A DNA stretch of 63,224 nucleotides, the filler included, from Craspedostauros australis (Eukaryota): NCBI GenBank assembly GCA_030167865.1. It is 5 parts of 5 records of this genome, joined end to end, with 100 filler letters (N's around TTAATTAATTAA, not from the genome) between each part and the next. Parts side by side here need not be neighbours in the genome. Positions count along the whole stretch, not along the records: positions 47,620 to 63,224 come from JALAGF010005722.1; 4 more parts are not named here. One strand, written 5' to 3'. Position numbers and translations under genes: made by a program. The notes beneath the pieces were generated by a model, which did no database searches, was not told the DNA's origin, and worked only from the letters and a program-made list of their open reading frames with translations. Shown in pieces: positions 59,627-63,224 of the stretch. Numbering within the stretch: position 1 is the first letter of the stretch; each line of letters begins with the position of its first letter.

Positions 59627-62600
59627 TCAAGTGAAATTGGTCCCTTCTAGACGAAGCAAGGTGAGCACTGTCAGTTGACCAATCTCGGATGGAAGCTGTC
59701 CAGTGAAGTCGGTGTATTCCAGATAAAGATATCGCAATGCTGTCAGCTGACCAATCTCGGATGGTAGCTGCCCAGTGAAGTCAGTAGATCCCAGATCAAG
59801 AGAGGTGAGCGCTGTCAGTTGACCAATCTCGGATGGAAGCTGTCCAGTGAAGTCAGCACCTGTCAGATCAAGATAGGTGAGCGCTGTCAGCCGACCAATC
59901 TCGGATGGAAGCTGCCCAGTGAAGTCGGTCCATTCTAGATCAAGAGTGGCGAGCGCTGTCAGTTGACCAATCTCGGATGGAAGCTGTCCAGTGAAGTCAA
60001 TAGATGTCAGATCAAGATAGGTGAGCGCTGTCAGTTGACCAATCTCGGATGGAAGCTGTCCAGTGAAGTAGGTCCGTTCTAGATCAAGGAAGGTGAGCGC
60101 TGTCAGTTGACCAATCTCGGATGGAAGCTGTCCAGTGAATTCGGTCCATCCTAGATCAAGAGTGGCGAGAGCTGTCAGTTCACCAATCTCGGATGGAAGC
60201 TGTACGGTGGAGTCAAAAGATCTCAGATCAAGATAGGTGAGCACTGTCAGTTGACCAATCTCGGATGGAAGCCGTCCAGTCAAGCCAGTATATCTCAGAT
60301 CAAGAAAAGCGAGGGCTGTCAGTTGACCAATCTCGGATGGAAGCTGTCCAGTGAAGTCAATAGATGTCAGATCAAGATAGGTGAGCGCTGCAAGTTGACC
60401 AATCTCGGATGGAAGCTGTCCAGTGAATTCGGTCCATCCTAGATCAAGAGTGGCGAGAGCTGTCAGTTCACCAATCTCGGATGGAAGCTGTACGGTGGAG
60501 TCAAAAGATCTCAGATCAAGATAGGTGAGCACTGTCAGTTGACCAATCTCGGATGGAAGCCGTCCAGTCAAGCCAGTATATCTCAGATCAAGAAAAGCGA
60601 GGGCTGTCAGTTGACCAATCTCGGATGGAAGCTGTCCAGTGAAGTCGGTCCATTCTAGATCAAGATAGGCGAGCGCTGCGAGTTGACCAATCTCGGATGG
60701 AAAGCGCCCAGTGAAGTCGGTCCGTTCTAGATCAAGATAGGCGAGCGCTGTCAGCTGACCAATCTCGGATGGAAGCTTTCCAGTGAAGTCGGTCCGTTCT
60801 AGATCAAGGAAGGTGAGCGCTGTCAGCTGACCAATCTCGGATGGAAGCTTCCCTGTCAAGCCAGTAGGTGAAAGATCAAGAGCGGTGAGCGCTGTCAGCT
60901 GACCAATCTCGGATGGAAGCTGTCCAGTGAATTTGGTCCATGCTAGATCAAGAGAGGTGAGTGCTGTCAGCTGACCAACCTCGGATGGCAGCTGTCCAGT
61001 GAAGTCAGTAGGTGTCAGATCAAGATAGGTGAGCGCTGTCAGTTGACCAATCTCGGATGGAAGCTGTCCAGTGAAGTCAGCAGGTCCCAAATCAAGAAAA
61101 GCGAGGGCTGTCAGTTGACCAATCTTGGATGGAAGCTGTCCAGTGAATTCGGTCCATCCTAGATCAAGATAGGTGAGCGCTGCAAGTTGACCGATCTCGG
61201 ATGGAAGCTGTCCAGTGAATTCGGTCCATCCTAGATCAAGAGTGGCGAGCGCTGTCAGTTGACCAATCTCGGATGGAAGCCGCCCAGTGAAGTCGGTCCA
61301 TTCTAGATCAAGATAGGCGAGCGCTGCGAGTTGACCAATCTCGGATGGAAGCTGTCCAGTGAAGTGGGTCCATACTAGATCAAGAGCGGTGAGCGCTGTC
61401 AGATGACCAATCTCGGATGGAAGTTGCCCAGTGAAGTCTGTATATCTCAGATGAAGATAGACGAGCGCTGTCAGCTGACCAATCTCGGATGGTAGCTGTC
61501 CAGTGAATTTGATCCATCCTAGATGAAGAGTGGTGAGCGCTGTCAGCTGACCAATCTCGGATGGAAGCTTTCCAGTGAAGCCAGTTGATCTCAGATCAAG
61601 AGAGGCGAGAGCTGCGAGTTGACCAATCTCGGATGGAAGACGTCCAGCGAAGTGGTTGGAAGCCAGGTCAAGATGTGTCAATTGCGGAAGTTGATACAAT
61701 TCTGACGGAAACGCACCTCGCAGTCCCATGGACACTAGAGCTAGCTCTGATAGCATACTCAACATGCCAATGTGACTGAAGATGATACCATCGATCTGTC
61801 CGCGAGTGCTGAAAGTCATTTCCATTGACCATTTCTCAAGTTGCGAGAGATGATACAGGGCTGGATCGAGCGTGCCCCGCATGCCTTCGTCACCCAAAGC
61901 TACTTGTACCACATGACCATCAACACATGTCACACCACCAGAGGAAGAGTGCCAGTCACATACGTCAGCATCTGATAGAAAGCCCATCTTGTCGTTCCAC
62001 TTGGCTCCATCGAGTGAGTAGTATATGCTCACCACTGCATAGTACTCCAATAGACGTGTGACATTGGCTTGTGCATCTTCCGCGATCAATGATGTGAGAT
62101 CTGGGTGGTTGCTGTTTGCCATCCAGTTCAACGTCTGGTGTGCAGTGCTGGTTGGGCTGGCGAGTATGGTTGTATCGACGAAGGTAGGGTCTTCTTGGAG
62201 TGTGGGCAGGAGCACCTCCCAAACGGTGAAGAAAGCATCCGATTGATCGAAGCTGTACGTTGGGTTGGACGAGGGTAGATCACTCGGTGCATCTGAGGAA
62301 AGATCACTTGGTACATCTGAGGGTAGATCTGAGGGTAGATCACTTGGCATATCTGAGGGCAGATCACTTGGTATATCTGAGGGTAGATCACTCGGTATAT
62401 CTGAGGGTAGATCACTTGGTATCTCCGTCGGTGAGTGGGTTGGATATTGTGATGGCCGATCACTCGGTATCTCCGTCGGTGTGAGGGTTGGATTTTGTGA
62501 TGGTCGAGCAGTAGGGGCATTTGTGTTGTTGTTGCTGCTGCTCTCGTCACTTAGGAGAAACACTACGACTGCTGCAATGGCACCAGCTACACCAGCTACA

Positions 62601-62731
62601 CCGGCGACCAGGAACGCCAAAGGAACCCTCCTACCTCCACAGGTCCATCCTGCCTCCTGAGCACGTGGTTCAGGATTCTCATCACCTCCATCGACGAGGT
62701 TTGCACCTGGCAGTGTAGGCAACGTATTCAT
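59627..62731 (-). CDS. Type II membrane leucine-rich repeat receptor-like protein: short cytosolic N-terminus, one transmembrane helix, PSD-rich stalk, cap domain, about 30 plant-type 24-aa LRRs
   Basis: Likely start MNTLPTL; transmembrane segment VPLAFLVAGVAGVAGAIAAVVVFLL; (PSDx)n stalk; LLEYYAVVSIYYSLDGAKW...CDW...GVTC cap; 28 near-identical 72-nt repeats at 61618-59630; intronless. Confidence 0.92.
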   Translation of the reverse strand: MNTLPTLPGANLVDGGDENPEPRAQEAGWTCGGRRVPLAFLVAGVAGVAGAIAAVVVFLLSDESSSNNNTNAPTARPSQNPTLTPTEIPSDRPSQYPTHSPTEIPSDLPSDIPSDLPSDIPSDLPSDMPSDLPSDLPSDVPSDLSSDAPSDLPSSNPTYSFDQSDAFFTVWEVLLPTLQEDPTFVDTTILASPTSTAHQTLNWMANSNHPDLTSLIAEDAQANVTRLLEYYAVVSIYYSLDGAKWNDKMGFLSDADVCDWHSSSGGVTCVDGHVVQVALGDEGMRGTLDPALYHLSQLEKWSMEMTFSTRGQIDGIIFSHIGMLSMLSELALVSMGLRGAFPSELYQLPQLTHLDLASNHFAGRLPSEIGQLAALASLDLRSTGFTGKLPSEIGQLTALTTLHLGWIKFTGQLPSEIGQLTALVYLHLRYTDFTGQLPSEIGHLTALTALDLVWTHFTGQLPSEIGQLAALAYLDLEWTDFTGRLPSEIGQLTALATLDLGWTEFTGQLPSEIGQLAALTYLDLGWTEFTGQLPSKIGQLTALAFLDLGPADFTGQLPSEIGQLTALTYLDLTPTDFTGQLPSEVGQLTALTSLDLAWTKFTGQLPSEIGQLTALTALDLSPTGLTGKLPSEIGQLTALTFLDLERTDFTGKLPSEIGQLTALAYLDLERTDFTGRFPSEIGQLAALAYLDLEWTDFTGQLPSEIGQLTALAFLDLRYTGLTGRLPSEIGQLTVLTYLDLRSFDSTVQLPSEIGELTALATLDLGWTEFTGQLPSEIGQLAALTYLDLTSIDFTGQLPSEIGQLTALAFLDLRYTGLTGRLPSEIGQLTVLTYLDLRSFDSTVQLPSEIGELTALATLDLGWTEFTGQLPSEIGQLTALTFLDLERTYFTGQLPSEIGQLTALTYLDLTSIDFTGQLPSEIGQLTALATLDLEWTDFTGQLPSEIGRLTALTYLDLTGADFTGQLPSEIGQLTALTSLDLGSTDFTGQLPSEIGQLTALRYLYLEYTDFTGQLPSEIGQLTVLTLLRLEGTNFT
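62262..62500 (-). repeat. 12-nt coding tandem repeat (PSD[I/L/M/V])n forming the stalk of the LRR protein
   Basis: Repeated ATCTGAGGGTAG / ATCACT(T/C)GGTAT units on the + strand. Confidence 0.85.
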
Positions 62732-62865
62732 TGTTGGATATGAATGTGGCTGCGGCTGCAACTGCGGTTGTGTCAGTGAGTTTTGCGTCGATCGCACCAG
62801 TGACAAAGATGTGAATGGCACGTGCGCAACTTGGGCTCTCTCTCTCTCGAGTGTGCGTGGTGGTG

Positions 62866-62960
62866 GTTGATGGATGAGGGGTGTTGATGGATGAGGGGTG
62901 TTGATGGATGAGGGGTGTTGATGGATGAGGGGTGTTGATGGATGAGGGTGTTGATGGATT
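62866..62960. repeat. 17-nt tandem repeat (TTGATGGATGAGGGGTG) x ~5 upstream of the LRR gene
   Basis: Directly visible. Confidence 0.85.
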
Positions 62961-63224
62961 GTGAGGGTGAGGAAATAAATGTTCCAAACGAGTTCAGGCA
63001 TGTCGGCAAGATCAATGTTCGGCGAGGCAGAGAGAGCAACTTCGCTTCTCTGCAGCAACAATGCCTTGATCGCACTCATCAGTGGGGGCGTGGTGGCATT
63101 TGCACCACGTTTGTCATTTGCATCCGTGACGGTGGTAGTGGGCAGCCGAGGTGTCAACCATTGGTAGTGGTACCCTTTCGTACCGTTTCGTACGTATTGA
63201 TGCTGCGTCATCCCCCATCGCACA

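Noticed and set aside
4266..59629. Several in-frame TGA codons (4266, 47435, 52634, 52646, 59627) suggesting stop-codon reassignment
   Set aside because: They fall mostly in decaying elements and do not map to one consistent amino acid. TGA apparently terminates ordinary genes (24124, 39189), and conserved genes contain no internal TGA.
59630..61618. CRISPR-like pattern of a conserved ~40-nt repeat alternating with variable segments
   Set aside because: The period is exactly 72 nt, in frame with an LRR protein; the 'spacers' are homologous to one another; there are no cas genes; the context is eukaryotic.
62732..63223. 164-aa N-terminal extension of the LRR ORF
   Set aside because: It runs through a 17-nt (non-triplet) tandem repeat and a (GA)n tract typical of UTR or promoter DNA; the ATG at 62731 is the more plausible start.

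Overview
Eukaryotic nuclear DNA from a diatom, probably pennate. This rests on bipartite ASAF(AP)-type plastid presequences, fucoxanthin-chlorophyll a/c (Lhc) genes, GT-AG introns and diatom-type Ty1/copia elements. The window is not one contiguous locus: four artificial 100-nt linkers (N...TTAATTAATTAA...N) join five segments, and there are many internal N gaps, some with duplicated flanks. Segment 1 (1-2471) holds a partial intron-containing PIF/Harbinger-like transposase. Segment 2 (2572-28121) holds a partial STAND/AAA ATPase, three Lhc genes, a plastid signal peptidase I, RRP9, a PPR protein and a partial orphan P-loop NTPase. Segment 3 (28222-42593) holds tRNA-Lys(CTT), a GT34-like glycosyltransferase, a plastid cysteine synthase, a 1360-aa coiled-coil protein with a duplicated unknown domain, and acetyl-CoA synthetase. 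Segment 4 (42694-47519) is gappy and holds a probable Sola-like transposase remnant. Segment 5 (47620-63224) holds a minisatellite, a copia gag fragment, a near-complete copia element and a membrane-anchored LRR gene. The two most notable observations are (i) the LRR gene's 28 near-identical 72-nt repeats with combinatorially shuffled hypervariable half-modules, and (ii) a palindromic hairpin where the copia element's tRNA primer-binding site should be.
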